A stretch of DNA of 64,000 bases from Spartobacteria bacterium (GCA_003134785.1 PLCN01000024.1:69216-133215); one strand, 5' to 3'. Positions 28,144 through 38,439 are shown, counted from the first letter of the stretch. Translations and numbers: made by a program. The notes: a model not told the origin generated them from the sequence alone.

Positions 28144-29148
28144 TCAAAGGCTCTCTTTGCCTTTGAAAAGATAATACAAAAAGGCGAGCGACGGCAGCAG
28201 TATGACCGCGCCGAGACAGAGCGCGATCATAAGTAGTCGCAGCGTCGCGATCGGCGCCGCGGCATTAAGGAGGGTAACATCCGGTGTCACAAGATTCGGG
28301 TATTGCGCGAGACTCCAGCCTGCGAGGATGAGTGTGACTTCGGCGATGGCCGCGATCTGTGCCACGCGAAATCGCCGCAGCCAGAGACCCACCAAAGCGA
28401 TGGCGGCGAAGCAGCTCGTCACGCTCACCAGCACCACTCCCCATCCGCTCGTTAGGCCATGGAAAATATCGGGCGCCCCTGTCTTGGAGGTGATGAAAAC
28501 GCCCAACGCGACTGGGATGAGAGCCAAGCCGGACCAGAACGCGCGCAACCGGAAATCGTTTTGCACCTGCGGTTCCGCTTCGGGGTCGAGCGTGAGATAA
28601 GTGGCGGCGAGAAATCCGCATAGGCCCAGGGCGAAAAAGCCGCAGGCGAGCGCAAACGGGGTAAGCCATCCGGCGAAGAATCCTGTAGTTACGCTTCCAT
28701 TCACGACTCGAATCTGACCCGTCGCGAGCGCGCCGAGCGTGATCCCTTGGACGAAAGGAGTGAAGAAGCTGGCCGCGCCAAACATCGTGCTCCAGCGCTG
28801 TTGGACTTCGGGTTCCTTGGTGTCGTACTTGCGAAAGATAAAAGCGGAGCCGCGCAGAACGATGCCGATGAGCATGAACGTAATGGGAATGTGGAGCGCG
28901 GTCATGATCGTTCCGAAGGCAGGCGGAAATCCGGTGAAGAGAATCACGACCACCAGAATCAGCCAGACGTGATCGGCTTCCCAAATGGGACCGATGGCCT
29001 TCGTGATTGCGTTTCTTTGCGCGGCCGCGCGCGGTCCGCTCGCGAGCAAGTCCCACATGCCACCGCCAAAGTCCGCGCCACCCGTGACAGCGTAAAAGAT
29101 TAATGCGAGCAAAAGGAAAGCAGCGACGATGTGCTCGGGTTGATTCAT
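28144..29148 (-). CDS. cydB: Cytochrome bd ubiquinol oxidase subunit II
   Basis: MNQPEHIVAAFLLLALIFYAVTGGADFGGGMWDLL is typical of CydB. There is an ATGA start/stop overlap with cydA at 29145-29148. Confidence 0.9.
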   Translation of the reverse strand: MNQPEHIVAAFLLLALIFYAVTGGADFGGGMWDLLASGPRAAAQRNAITKAIGPIWEADHVWLILVVVILFTGFPPAFGTIMTALHIPITFMLIGIVLRGSAFIFRKYDTKEPEVQQRWSTMFGAASFFTPFVQGITLGALATGQIRVVNGSVTTGFFAGWLTPFALACGFFALGLCGFLAATYLTLDPEAEPQVQNDFRLRAFWSGLALIPVALGVFITSKTGAPDIFHGLTSGWGVVLVSVTSCFAAIALVGLWLRRFRVAQIAAIAEVTLILAGWSLAQYPNLVTPDVTLLNAAAPIATLRLLMIALCLGAVILLPSLAFLYYLFKGKESL

Positions 29149-30464
29149 GTCGCTGATGGATCCGGGACCGGTTCCGTCGCCTTCATGAACTCGCGGCGCA
29201 GAAGGTAGAGAACCATGAAGGAGAGGAAGAGGTAGACCACAGTGAAGGTGACGAACGGCACCGCGATCCCAGGCATCGGCGTGACGGCTTCTTCCGTGCG
29301 CATCACGTTGTAGATGATCCAGGGCTGGCGCCCTAATTCTGTCACCGTCCAACCGGCTTCGATCGCGATGAAACCGAGCGGTCCCGCGGTCACAATCGCT
29401 CGCAAGAACCATTTGCTATCGGGAACGCGTCGGTGTTTCCACCAAAGAAAGCCGGCCGCCAGCGACAGGAAGATCAACGCCAACCCCGACGCGACCATGA
29501 TGTCGAAAGACATGTGGACGACGCGCACGCTGGGCCAATTTTTCCTCGGAAATTCTTCCAATCCGGTGACCGTCGCATTTGGATCGCGCGCGACGAGGAG
29601 ACTTAAACCTTTCGGGATGGGAACAGCGTATTTGGTCGTCCGTGCGTCGTCGTTTGGAATTCCACCGATGAGGATCGGTGCTCCGGTTTGCGTCCGGTAA
29701 TTCGCTTCCATCGCCGCAAGCTTCGCGGGTTGTAAGCGGGCAACCGAGCGCGCGCTGAGGTCGCCGCTCCAAAGCTGCAAGGGAGCACTGATGCAGGCGA
29801 CGCTCAGCGCGATACCGAACGCGCTACGATGAAATTTATCCTGCCGGTCTTTGAGCAGGAAAAAGGCGTGGACGGCCGCGACTGCGAAACCGGTGCCGAT
29901 AAAGGCCGCCAGGGTCATGTGCACGACTTCGTGGAAACTCGCCTGGTTCAGCATCGCCGCGACTGGGTCGATGTCGGTAATCTTGCCGCCGATTATTTTA
30001 AAACCAGCGGGCGCATTCATCCATGCGTTCGCCGTCACGACGAAAATACCGGAAGCAATTCCGCCGATGGCAACCATGAGTCCGGACAACCAATGCCACA
30101 GCGGCGGAAGCCGATTCCACCCAGCCAGGAAAACGCCGAGAAAAATGGCTTCGGTGAAAAAAGCAAAACCTTCGAGAGAAAAGGGCATGCCGATAATGGC
30201 GCCGGCTTTCTCCATGAAACTTGGCCATAACAACCCCAGCTCGAAGGAAAGGACCGTGCCGGAGACGGCGCCCACCGCAAAAAGAATGGCTGAACCCCTC
30301 GCCCAACGTTTGGCGAGCTCGAGATAGACGGGACGACCGGTGCGAAGATACAATCCTTCCGCGATTGTCATTAGCACCGGCATTCCGATGCCGACCGCGG
30401 CAAAGATAATGTGGAAGCCTAACGACATGCCCATCTGCGCGCGGGCAAAGAGAAAATCATTCAT
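29145..30464 (-). CDS. cydA: Cytochrome bd ubiquinol oxidase subunit I
   Basis: MNDFLFARAQMGMSLGFHIIFAAVGIGMP.., plus the Q-loop region and overall CydA architecture. Confidence 0.92.
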   Translation of the reverse strand: MNDFLFARAQMGMSLGFHIIFAAVGIGMPVLMTIAEGLYLRTGRPVYLELAKRWARGSAILFAVGAVSGTVLSFELGLLWPSFMEKAGAIIGMPFSLEGFAFFTEAIFLGVFLAGWNRLPPLWHWLSGLMVAIGGIASGIFVVTANAWMNAPAGFKIIGGKITDIDPVAAMLNQASFHEVVHMTLAAFIGTGFAVAAVHAFFLLKDRQDKFHRSAFGIALSVACISAPLQLWSGDLSARSVARLQPAKLAAMEANYRTQTGAPILIGGIPNDDARTTKYAVPIPKGLSLLVARDPNATVTGLEEFPRKNWPSVRVVHMSFDIMVASGLALIFLSLAAGFLWWKHRRVPDSKWFLRAIVTAGPLGFIAIEAGWTVTELGRQPWIIYNVMRTEEAVTPMPGIAVPFVTFTVVYLFLSFMVLYLLRREFMKATEPVPDPSAT

Positions 30465-30908
30465 GCCGCAAGGTTGCCTGAGCCGAGACTAGTCCGCGGT
30501 TTAGCCGCTCGCAATCAACCACCGTCACCCGGCAAAGCGGCCGATCGTGACATCGCTCAGCGCCAGAGCGAGCATGATCGCCAGCCGAAAGGAACCGGCA
30601 CCGGCAAAAATCCACATGATCCCTCCAGGTATAAGGTCGCCAGGGCGATTGAGTTGGTTCGTTTCTCGAAGAGTTGTGGCATGAAATCGCCGGCAGCCTC
30701 CTGCTCCGCCTGTATTCAATTCGGACGAGACCTCTCCAGCAATTGCAAATCGTTCGCGAAAGCCGGCAAAGATTCTTATTTTCTCCGCGATCGATGCGGC
30801 AAATGCATCTGCGGACTAGCTGTGCGGCGAACTGATAGAAAACCAAGTATGTTTTGATGCTCAGCCAGCTTTGGGATCAAAGAGCGCGGACATAACGAAA
30901 GGCACAGC

Positions 30909-31151
30909 GTGAAAAATGAATTGGTGATTCGACGGATTATCGAAGTGGGCGCCCTCTTCCTGATCGGAGACGGGATCATGGGATTGATCAAACCGTGCTG
31001 GCATTCACGCATCTGGCATTTTGGGCCGCAGCTCGCCCAAGCCGTGACGGAGGAATTGGCGGACCACCCGAATACCGCTCGGGCGGTTTACGCCGCGGAA
31101 GTCGCCATTGGCATCGTGATCGCGTCCTGTTCCACCCCGGAGAATCAGTGA
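30909..31151 (+). CDS. Small hypothetical membrane protein (80 aa)
   Basis: Two hydrophobic segments (VGALFLIGDGIMGLI and AAEVAIGIVIASC). It lies on the same strand, 113 nt upstream of the RND gene. No recognisable family. Confidence 0.4.
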   Translation: MKNELVIRRIIEVGALFLIGDGIMGLIKPCWHSRIWHFGPQLAQAVTEELADHPNTARAVYAAEVAIGIVIASCSTPENQ

Positions 31152-31264
31152 ATTCGGCCCGAGAGGGCTGCGGAAATACCGCGCAACGAAGCGCGACGCT
31201 ACGTATCTAAGAATGTAAACGCCCGGGCGAAGGTTGGCTTCGGCGAAACGGAATTTATCAGATC

Positions 31265-34200
31265 ATGTGGATCGTTCGCCTAGCGCTGCGCCGGCCGTAC
31301 ACCTTCACGGTGATGGCGATTCTGATCGTGCTGGTCGGCATCGTAACCGTCACGCGCATGTCGACGGATATTTTTCCATCGATCGATATCCCGGTGGTCA
31401 GCGTCATTTGGAGCTACGCCGGCGTCGCGCCGGAGGAAATGGAAAAGCGCTTCGTCACCGTCTGCGAACGCGCCATGACGACGACGGTCAACGACATCGA
31501 GCACATCGAGTCGCAGTCGTATAACGGCGTCGCGGTCATCAAAGTCTTTTTCCACGAAGGCGCGAAAGTGGAGGCCGGCGTGGCGCAGATCACGGCGATT
31601 TGCCAAACGCTTCTTCGCATCATGCCGCCAGGCACGACGCCGCCGCTCATCATTCAGTACAGCGCGTCGAACGTTCCGATCCTGCAACTCGGCCTCAGCA
31701 GCCAATCGCTTTCCGAGCAGCAGCTTTACGACTTCGGGTTGAATTTCATCCGCACTCAGCTTTCCACGGTCCAAGGTGCGCAAGTTCCCCTGCCCTACGG
31801 CGGAAAAGCGCGGCAGATCATGGTGGACATCGATCCGCAAAAGCTTTTCGGCAAAGGTTTATCGCCAACCGACGTGAGCAATGCGATCAACGCGCAGAAT
31901 GTCGTTTTGCCCGCCGGCACCCTGAAGATCGGCGACCGCGAATACAACGTGCGCCTCAACAGCAGTCCCGAAGTACTCGATGTGCTGAACGATCTTCCGA
32001 TCAAGCAGATCAACGGCGCGATGGTTTACGTCCGCGACGTCGCACAGGTGCGCGACGGGTTCGCGGTGCAGACGAACATCGTCGCGCAAAATCGGATCCG
32101 TTCGGCGCTGCTCACCGTGCTGAAATCGGCGAATGCGTCGACGCTGGATATCATCAAGCGTGTGAAGGAGGCCTTGCCGCGGATCAAGTCGACGCTGCCG
32201 CCGGAGCTCGACATTACGCAGCTCTTCGACCAATCGATTTTCGTGCGGGCCTCGATCAATGGCGTGCTGCGCGAAGGCGTGATCGCCGCCAGTCTGACCG
32301 CGATGATGATCCTGCTTTTCCTCGGCAGTTGGCGGAGCACCATCGTGGTCGCGACCTCGATTCCACTTTCGATCTTGTGTTCGATCATCATCATGGGCGC
32401 GCTCGGGCAGACGCTGAACATCATGACCCTCGGCGGACTGGCGCTGGCGGTGGGCATCCTGGTGGACGACGCCACGGTGGAAATCGAAAACATTCACCGT
32501 AATCTGGCGATGAAGAAGCCGATGGTGCGCGCCATCCTCGACGGCGCCTCGCAAATCGCGGTGCCGGCGTTCGTTTCCACGCTCTGCATCTGCATCGTTT
32601 TCGTGCCGGTTTTTTTCCTAAGTGGGACGGCGAAATATTTGTTCCAGCCACTCGCGATGGCGGTGATTTTCGCGATGCTCGCGAGTTATTTTCTCAGCCG
32701 GACGGTGGTGCCGACGATGGTGAAATTCCTCCTCACCGATCACCTGGATGAACTCGACCTCGAAGAAGGCCACGGACCGGAAGATTTGAAGGATCGCGAA
32801 GACCCACGAGAGGAAAAGAAAACGCAGGCTCGGCCAGGTCGAGAAAAGGCGCGTTCCCCGAAAACGTTCTGGAGCAAGATGATCGGCCGGTTCAAGTGGA
32901 TCCACGAGAAGTTCAATCACGGCTTCGAAAAAGTGCGCGATCGTTATACGGATTCGCTCCGCTGGTCGCTCGAGCACCGCGTCTTCGTCTTCGTGGCCAT
33001 GGGGGTTGCCGTGTTACTCTCGCTTTGCCTCCTGCCGTTTCTCGGACGCGATTTCTTCCCGGCGGTCGACGCGGGCCAATTCCGTTTGCACGTGCGCGGG
33101 CCTGCCGGCACGCGCATCGAAGCGTCCGAAGAGCGCTTCTACAAAGTAGGCCGAGCCATTCGCGACGTGATTCCGCCGGAAGAAATCAAGACGGTGCTCG
33201 ACAACATTGGATTGCCCTCCAGCGGCATCAATCTCGCCTTCGGCGACAACGCGACCATCAGCTCGGCCGACGGCGAGATCCTGGTCGCCCTGAACGAAAA
33301 ACATAAACCGACCAGGGATTACATGCAGATCTTGCGGCAGAAATTGCACAGCGATTTTCCCGACATGGATTTCTATTTTTCCGCACCCGATATCGTGAGC
33401 CAGATCTTGAATTTCGGAATTCCGGCGCCGATCGACGTGCAAGTGACTGGCCGCGACAAAAAGAATTACGAGATCGCGCAGGAGATTGAGAAACGGATCG
33501 TGCAAATTCCGGGTGCGGTGGATGTGCACCTCCACCAAGTCGTGCATGGACCGGATCTCCGCGTTAATGTCGATCGCACGCGCGCGCAGGAGATCGGGCT
33601 GACGCAAAATGACGTAGCCCGCACGATGTTGATCTCGCTCAGCTCGAGCGGGCAGACGGCCCCGAATTTCTGGCTCAACTTCCAGAACGGCGTGAACTAC
33701 CAGGTCGCGGTGCAGACGCCGCAATACAAAATGGACACGCTTCAGGATTTGAAAAATACGCCGGTCATCGCGCCGAATTTACCGCGGCCGGAATCGCTCG
33801 GAAACCTGGCGACGATCGAGCATCGCGAATCGCCGGTGATCGTGAATCATTACGATGTTCAGCCGGTCTTCGACGTGCTGGCGAACGTGCAAGGCCGCGA
33901 TCTCGGCGGCGTGGCGGATCAGATCGCAAAGGTGGTGAAAGAGTTCGAAAAGAAACTGCCGCGCGGCTCTTTCCTGAAAGTGCGCGGACAAGTCGACAGC
34001 ATGAACCGATCGTTCGTCGGGCTCGGCGGCGGGATCCTGTTCGCGATCGTGCTCGTTTATTTCCTGATGGTGGTGAATTTCCAATCGTGGACCGATCCGT
34101 TCATCATCATCATGGCGTTGCCCGGCGCGCTCTGCGGTATCATCTGGATGCTCTTTCTTTGCGCGACTACGCTAAACGTTCCGTCGCTTATGGGCGCGAT

Positions 34201-34579
34201 CATGGCGATCGGTGTGGCGACGGCGAATAGCATTCTGCTGGTGACGTTCGCGAATGACGAACGCTGCGGTGAAGAGGCGAAAAGCGCGCACGATGCGGCG
34301 ATCTCTGCCGGATTTACCAGGTTGCGGCCGGTAGTGATGACAGCGCTCGCCATGATCATCGGCATGTTGCCGATGGCGCTTGGTCTCGGTGAAGGTGGCG
34401 AACAGAATGCGCCGCTGGGCCGCGCGGTCATTGGCGGATTGATCGTGGCGACGTTTGCCACGTTGTACTTCGTGCCGGTCGTTTACAGCCTGCTGCGTAA
34501 AGGCGAGTTCGTTTGCGACGATGACGAGGAATTCGAAAAGGAAGAGAAACAGGAGACGGCGAAGGAATCGGCGAAATGA
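31265..34579 (+). CDS. RND efflux transporter, AcrB/HAE1-like inner-membrane pump
   Basis: MWIVRLALRRPYTFTVMAILIVLVGI, 12-TM architecture with two large periplasmic loops, and a charged ~45-aa insert in the central cytoplasmic loop. Confidence 0.92.
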   Translation: MWIVRLALRRPYTFTVMAILIVLVGIVTVTRMSTDIFPSIDIPVVSVIWSYAGVAPEEMEKRFVTVCERAMTTTVNDIEHIESQSYNGVAVIKVFFHEGAKVEAGVAQITAICQTLLRIMPPGTTPPLIIQYSASNVPILQLGLSSQSLSEQQLYDFGLNFIRTQLSTVQGAQVPLPYGGKARQIMVDIDPQKLFGKGLSPTDVSNAINAQNVVLPAGTLKIGDREYNVRLNSSPEVLDVLNDLPIKQINGAMVYVRDVAQVRDGFAVQTNIVAQNRIRSALLTVLKSANASTLDIIKRVKEALPRIKSTLPPELDITQLFDQSIFVRASINGVLREGVIAASLTAMMILLFLGSWRSTIVVATSIPLSILCSIIIMGALGQTLNIMTLGGLALAVGILVDDATVEIENIHRNLAMKKPMVRAILDGASQIAVPAFVSTLCICIVFVPVFFLSGTAKYLFQPLAMAVIFAMLASYFLSRTVVPTMVKFLLTDHLDELDLEEGHGPEDLKDREDPREEKKTQARPGREKARSPKTFWSKMIGRFKWIHEKFNHGFEKVRDRYTDSLRWSLEHRVFVFVAMGVAVLLSLCLLPFLGRDFFPAVDAGQFRLHVRGPAGTRIEASEERFYKVGRAIRDVIPPEEIKTVLDNIGLPSSGINLAFGDNATISSADGEILVALNEKHKPTRDYMQILRQKLHSDFPDMDFYFSAPDIVSQILNFGIPAPIDVQVTGRDKKNYEIAQEIEKRIVQIPGAVDVHLHQVVHGPDLRVNVDRTRAQEIGLTQNDVARTMLISLSSSGQTAPNFWLNFQNGVNYQVAVQTPQYKMDTLQDLKNTPVIAPNLPRPESLGNLATIEHRESPVIVNHYDVQPVFDVLANVQGRDLGGVADQIAKVVKEFEKKLPRGSFLKVRGQVDSMNRSFVGLGGGILFAIVLVYFLMVVNFQSWTDPFIIIMALPGALCGIIWMLFLCATTLNVPSLMGAIMAIGVATANSILLVTFANDERCGEEAKSAHDAAISAGFTRLRPVVMTALAMIIGMLPMALGLGEGGEQNAPLGRAVIGGLIVATFATLYFVPVVYSLLRKGEFVCDDDEEFEKEEKQETAKESAK

Positions 34580-34610
34580 TATTGGTGAAGAGCGCGGCAG
34601 TGGCGGATTT

Positions 34611-34760
34611 GGGGAGCGCGCGCTTCCAGCGCGCATGTTCCGGCATCCTGCCGGAACACTCTCACGCCGAGCGAAAAGAAAAAGCGCCACGACAAGAAGC
34701 ACGCGGGAAAGAAGCTACCGGCAGGATGCCGGGCGCGGCGCGCAAGATGCGCGCGCTCCC
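34611..34760. repeat. Nested inverted-repeat (REP/MITE-like) element between the RND and adaptor genes
   Basis: GGGGAGCGCGCGCTTCCAGCGCGC + GTTCCGGCATCCTGCCGGAAC ... TACCGGCAGGATGCCGGGC + GCGCGCAAGATGCGCGCGCTCCC. Confidence 0.65.
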
Positions 34761-34769
34761 TGAGACAAT

Positions 34770-35927
34770 ATGAGCGCGCCGCAAACTCACCCGCCAACAC
34801 ACCGGCGTCACGCGCCGCGGAGCAAATATGCCGTCTGGGTCCCGCTCGCGATCGCAGCTGTGTTCGTGCTTTTGGTAATCGTCGGCATCTGGCATCGCGT
34901 CCATGCTCGCCACGAGCAGGCGGAAACTTCCAAACAAGCGGCTCAGCTTTCGGTCAACGTGATGGCGGTAAAGCGCGACACGAAAGCCAAGGATCTGGTG
35001 TTGCCGGGGAACGTCCAGGCATTTCAAGAAACGGTTATTTATCCGCGCGCGAACGGTTACGTGAAGAACTGGAAGGTCGACATCGGGGATGACGTGAAGG
35101 AAGGACAGTTGCTCGCCGAAATCGAAACGCCCGAGATCGATCAGCAACTTGCGCAAGCAAAGGCAAATTACGATTTGGCGGATGCGACGGCCACACGTTG
35201 GCGGGAAATGGCTGCCAAGAAAGTCGTGTCCGATCAGGAACGCGACGAAAAGGAAACAGCAAAGCGAACAGCCCAAGCCAATCTTGAGCAGCTGCAAAAG
35301 ACGCAGGGTTTCAAAGAAATCACCGCGCCTTTCGCCGGTAAAATCACTGCCCGAAAGGTCGACGTCGGCGCGCTCGTCTCGCCGACTACACAGCTCTTCG
35401 GAATCGCGCAAAGCGACCCACTGCGCGTTTACGTTTATGTGCCGCAGACTGACGCACCCACGATGAAGGAAGGTTTGAAGGCGAAAATTCTGGTGTCGGA
35501 ACGACCAGGCGAGGATTTCGACGGCGTCGTCATGCGGACGGCCGGCGCGCTCGATTCTTCATCGCGCACGATGCAGGTCGAGGTGCAGGTCCCTAATCAC
35601 GATGGGAAACTTTTCGCGGGCATGTACGCGGACGTAAAATTTTCATTGCCGGAGGAAAATGCGCCGATCGTGATTCCCGCCAACGCGGTCATGTTTCGAA
35701 CGGAAGGCCCGCAAGTGGCCACGGTCACGGAAGAGAACAAGATTCACTGGCAAAGCATCCGCATCGGTCGCGATTTCGGCACGAAAATGGAAGTGCTCGA
35801 CGGGCTCAAGGAAAACATGAAAGCGGTTATGAATCCGACGGATGATTTGCGGGAAGGAGTGCAAGTCCAGGTGAAACCACTCGAAAAACCGAAAGAGGGA
35901 AGCTCACCATCAGAAGGAGCGAAATAG
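34770..35927 (+). CDS. RND efflux periplasmic adaptor (membrane fusion protein)
   Basis: N-terminal TM anchor, lipoyl/hairpin motif (GYVKNWKVDIGDDVKEGQLLAEIETPEIDQQL..ITAPFAGKITARKVDVGALV), and a beta-barrel C-terminus. Confidence 0.9.
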   Translation: MSAPQTHPPTHRRHAPRSKYAVWVPLAIAAVFVLLVIVGIWHRVHARHEQAETSKQAAQLSVNVMAVKRDTKAKDLVLPGNVQAFQETVIYPRANGYVKNWKVDIGDDVKEGQLLAEIETPEIDQQLAQAKANYDLADATATRWREMAAKKVVSDQERDEKETAKRTAQANLEQLQKTQGFKEITAPFAGKITARKVDVGALVSPTTQLFGIAQSDPLRVYVYVPQTDAPTMKEGLKAKILVSERPGEDFDGVVMRTAGALDSSSRTMQVEVQVPNHDGKLFAGMYADVKFSLPEENAPIVIPANAVMFRTEGPQVATVTEENKIHWQSIRIGRDFGTKMEVLDGLKENMKAVMNPTDDLREGVQVQVKPLEKPKEGSSPSEGAK

Positions 35928-36099
35928 CCGACGAGCGCAAGCGCGACATCACCTCATACGCTCGCGTGCAACACTTCTCGTTTAACGTCCTCCAAGTTCG
36001 CAAAAGCGCGCCGCCTTTGCCACCACGCGAGTCGCGTGCGCTCCCCAGAAACGAGCTCGCAAAATGGCTCTGTAATCCCTCGTATCTCCGGCCGTCGGT

Positions 36100-37710
36100 T
36101 TAATCCAGCTTCTCATACCCCGGCAGCGTGAGGAATTCGACAAACTGATCGTCGGTCGTGATTTGGTCGAAGAGAGAACCGGCCAGATCGAATTTGCCTT
36201 TCGCATAATGCTCTGCGCCAATGCTCGACTTTATCTTTTCGAGTTCCTGGTCCAGGACGCTGCGAAAAAGTTCTTTCGTGACCTTGCGACCATCGGTGAG
36301 CACGCCGCGGGGATGGCGAATCCATTGCCAGACCTGCGCGCGCGAGATTTCCGCGGTGGCCGCATCTTCCATCAGATTGAAGATCGGCACCGCGCCGCTG
36401 CCGCGCAGCCAGGCTTCCAAATACTGCACGCCGACACTGACATTCGTGCGCAGTCCCTGCTCGGTGATCGGTTCGCTCGGACCGAACGCGAGGAGATCAG
36501 CCGCCGTCACGTTTACGTCGTCGCGTTTCTTGTCGATCTGATTCGGCGTCGGCATCAACCGGTCAAAGGCGTCGAGCGCGAGCTGCACCATTCCCGGGTG
36601 AGCCACCCAGGTGCCGTCGTGCCCGTCGGTCGCCTCGCGTTCCTTGTCGGCGCGGACTTTAGCGAAGGCTTCTTCATTCGCCTTCGGATTGTTTTTCACC
36701 GGAATTTGCGCCGCCATGCCACCCATCGCGAAAATCTTCCTGCGATGACATGTCTTGATGCAGAGCAGCGAATACGAGCGCATGAAGTGCGTCGTCATCG
36801 TGATGCAGGCACGGTCGGCGAGAAGGAAGTCGCGTTTATTGCGAAATTTCTTGATGCAGGAAAAGATGTAATCCCAGCGGCCGCAATTGAGTCCCGCGGA
36901 ATGTTCGCGCAGCTCATGGAGAATCTCGTCCATCTCGAACGCCGCCGGAATGGTCTCGATCAAAACCGTGGCTCTGATGGCGCCTTGCGGGATTCCAAGT
37001 TCAACCTGCGCGAGTTTGAAAGCGTCGTTCCAGATACGCGCCTCGAGACGGCTTTCCATCTTCGGCAAATAAAAATAGGGACCGCTGCCGCGCGCGATCA
37101 GCTCTTTTGCATTGTGAAAAAAATACAAACCGAAGTCGAATAACCCGCCCGAGATTGGCTCGCCATCGACGAGGACGTGCTTCTCGAGCAAATGCCAGCC
37201 GCGCGGACGGGGCATGATTACGGCGACTTCTTCTTTGAGTTTATATTCTTTTCCTTCGGGACTGGTAAAGGAGATCGAGCGCCGGATGGCGTCGCGCAGG
37301 TTGATCTGCCCTTCGATCATGTTGGTCCACTTCGGCGCGTTCGCGTCCTCGAAGTCGGCCATGAAAACCTTCGCGCCCGAGTTCAGCGCGTTGATCACCA
37401 TCTTGCGATCGGTTGGGCCAGTGATCTCGACCCTGCGGTCGAGAAGGTCTTTCGGGATTGGCGCACAGGTCCATTCGCTTTCACGGATCTCCTTGGTTTC
37501 CGGAAGAAAATCGAGCGTCTCGCCTAGATCGAGCGCTGCCTGTCTTACCTGGCGTCGCTCGAGACATTCCGCGCGGCGGCCGGCGAAGGTGCGTTGAAGC
37601 TTGGCGACGAACGCAAGCGCGTCGGCCGTGAGAATTTCGGCGAACGCCGGCGTCACTTCTCCCAACACGTCGATACCGGCAGGAAGTTCGCGATGAGATG
37701 AGGTGGCCAT
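36100..37710 (-). CDS. aceB: Malate synthase A
   Basis: ~535 aa. [39 protein letters not shown] is the malate synthase A signature region. Confidence 0.92.
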   Translation of the reverse strand: MATSSHRELPAGIDVLGEVTPAFAEILTADALAFVAKLQRTFAGRRAECLERRQVRQAALDLGETLDFLPETKEIRESEWTCAPIPKDLLDRRVEITGPTDRKMVINALNSGAKVFMADFEDANAPKWTNMIEGQINLRDAIRRSISFTSPEGKEYKLKEEVAVIMPRPRGWHLLEKHVLVDGEPISGGLFDFGLYFFHNAKELIARGSGPYFYLPKMESRLEARIWNDAFKLAQVELGIPQGAIRATVLIETIPAAFEMDEILHELREHSAGLNCGRWDYIFSCIKKFRNKRDFLLADRACITMTTHFMRSYSLLCIKTCHRRKIFAMGGMAAQIPVKNNPKANEEAFAKVRADKEREATDGHDGTWVAHPGMVQLALDAFDRLMPTPNQIDKKRDDVNVTAADLLAFGPSEPITEQGLRTNVSVGVQYLEAWLRGSGAVPIFNLMEDAATAEISRAQVWQWIRHPRGVLTDGRKVTKELFRSVLDQELEKIKSSIGAEHYAKGKFDLAGSLFDQITTDDQFVEFLTLPGYEKLD

Positions 37711-38209
37711 GAGTAGGTGGTTCGGGGTCGGGATCGAACCCTCAGTTGAAATTCGCAGCCGCTCATGTCGCTGCGCGGGAAGAAGTGACGTTTCATCAGA
37801 GGAATCGACGCAGCTTCATGATCGTTGCGCCACTCGGAGAAAGGCGGTAAGAGATAGTGGTTCTGGGAACTTTTGGGCGAGTGTCAAGTTCTTGACGGCG
37901 ATGGACGGCGCTCAAGGTGTGGCGCTGGCCCGCGAACATCGCCCGGACCTGATCCTGCTGGATCTTTATCTTCCGGACATCTCGGGTGAGGAGGTGCTGT
38001 CGCAATTGCGCCAAGCGAAAGAGACAGCGGAAATTCCTGTCTTCATCATCAGCGCTGACGCTACGTCAGGCCAGGCGGAGCGGCTCCTTGCAGCGGGCGC
38101 GCAAGCGTACCTGACGAAGCCGCTCGAAGTCCCGCAGTTTCTTCTAGCCATCGAACAGGCGCTAATCGGCGTTTCCAAGGGACGCAAAATCCGGCCGGTC
38201 AGTAGCTAA
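37703..38209 (+). pseudogene. Decayed or truncated orphan receiver (REC) domain
   Basis: Only the C-terminal two thirds of REC are recognisable (TAMDGAQGVALAREHRPDLILLDLYLPDISG..IPVFIISADAT..YLTKPL). The beta1/alpha1 acidic pocket is absent in this frame. A different frame shows [11 protein letters not shown]-stop where ILxVEDN would be expected. Confidence 0.45.
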
Positions 38210-38237
38210 CCGTGGATCGCGATTATCCGAATCGCTT

Positions 38238-38375
38238 CTTGGGGAGCGCAGGCTGCTAGCCTGCACGTCTCGGCAGCTTGCCGAGACGCCTCGATCGACT
38301 GCGTGAAACCGAATTACACCGCTAGGTGTTGCCGGCAGGCTGCCGACACTGCAGGCTGGCAGCCTGCGCTCCCCA
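38238..38375. repeat. Nested inverted-repeat (REP/MITE-like) element, copy A
   Basis: CTTGGGGAGCGCAGGCTGCTAGCCTGC-CGTCTCGGCAGCTTGCCGAGACG ... GCCGGCAGGCTGCCGACA-CTGCAGGCTGGCAGCCTGCGCTCCCCA. The ends are near-identical to 47169..47312. Confidence 0.8.
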
Positions 38376-38439
38376 ACGACGGTTCGGAAACCACCGCTCC
38401 CTAATTAGGGTCAGAATTCAACGGCGATCGCTGACGTTA

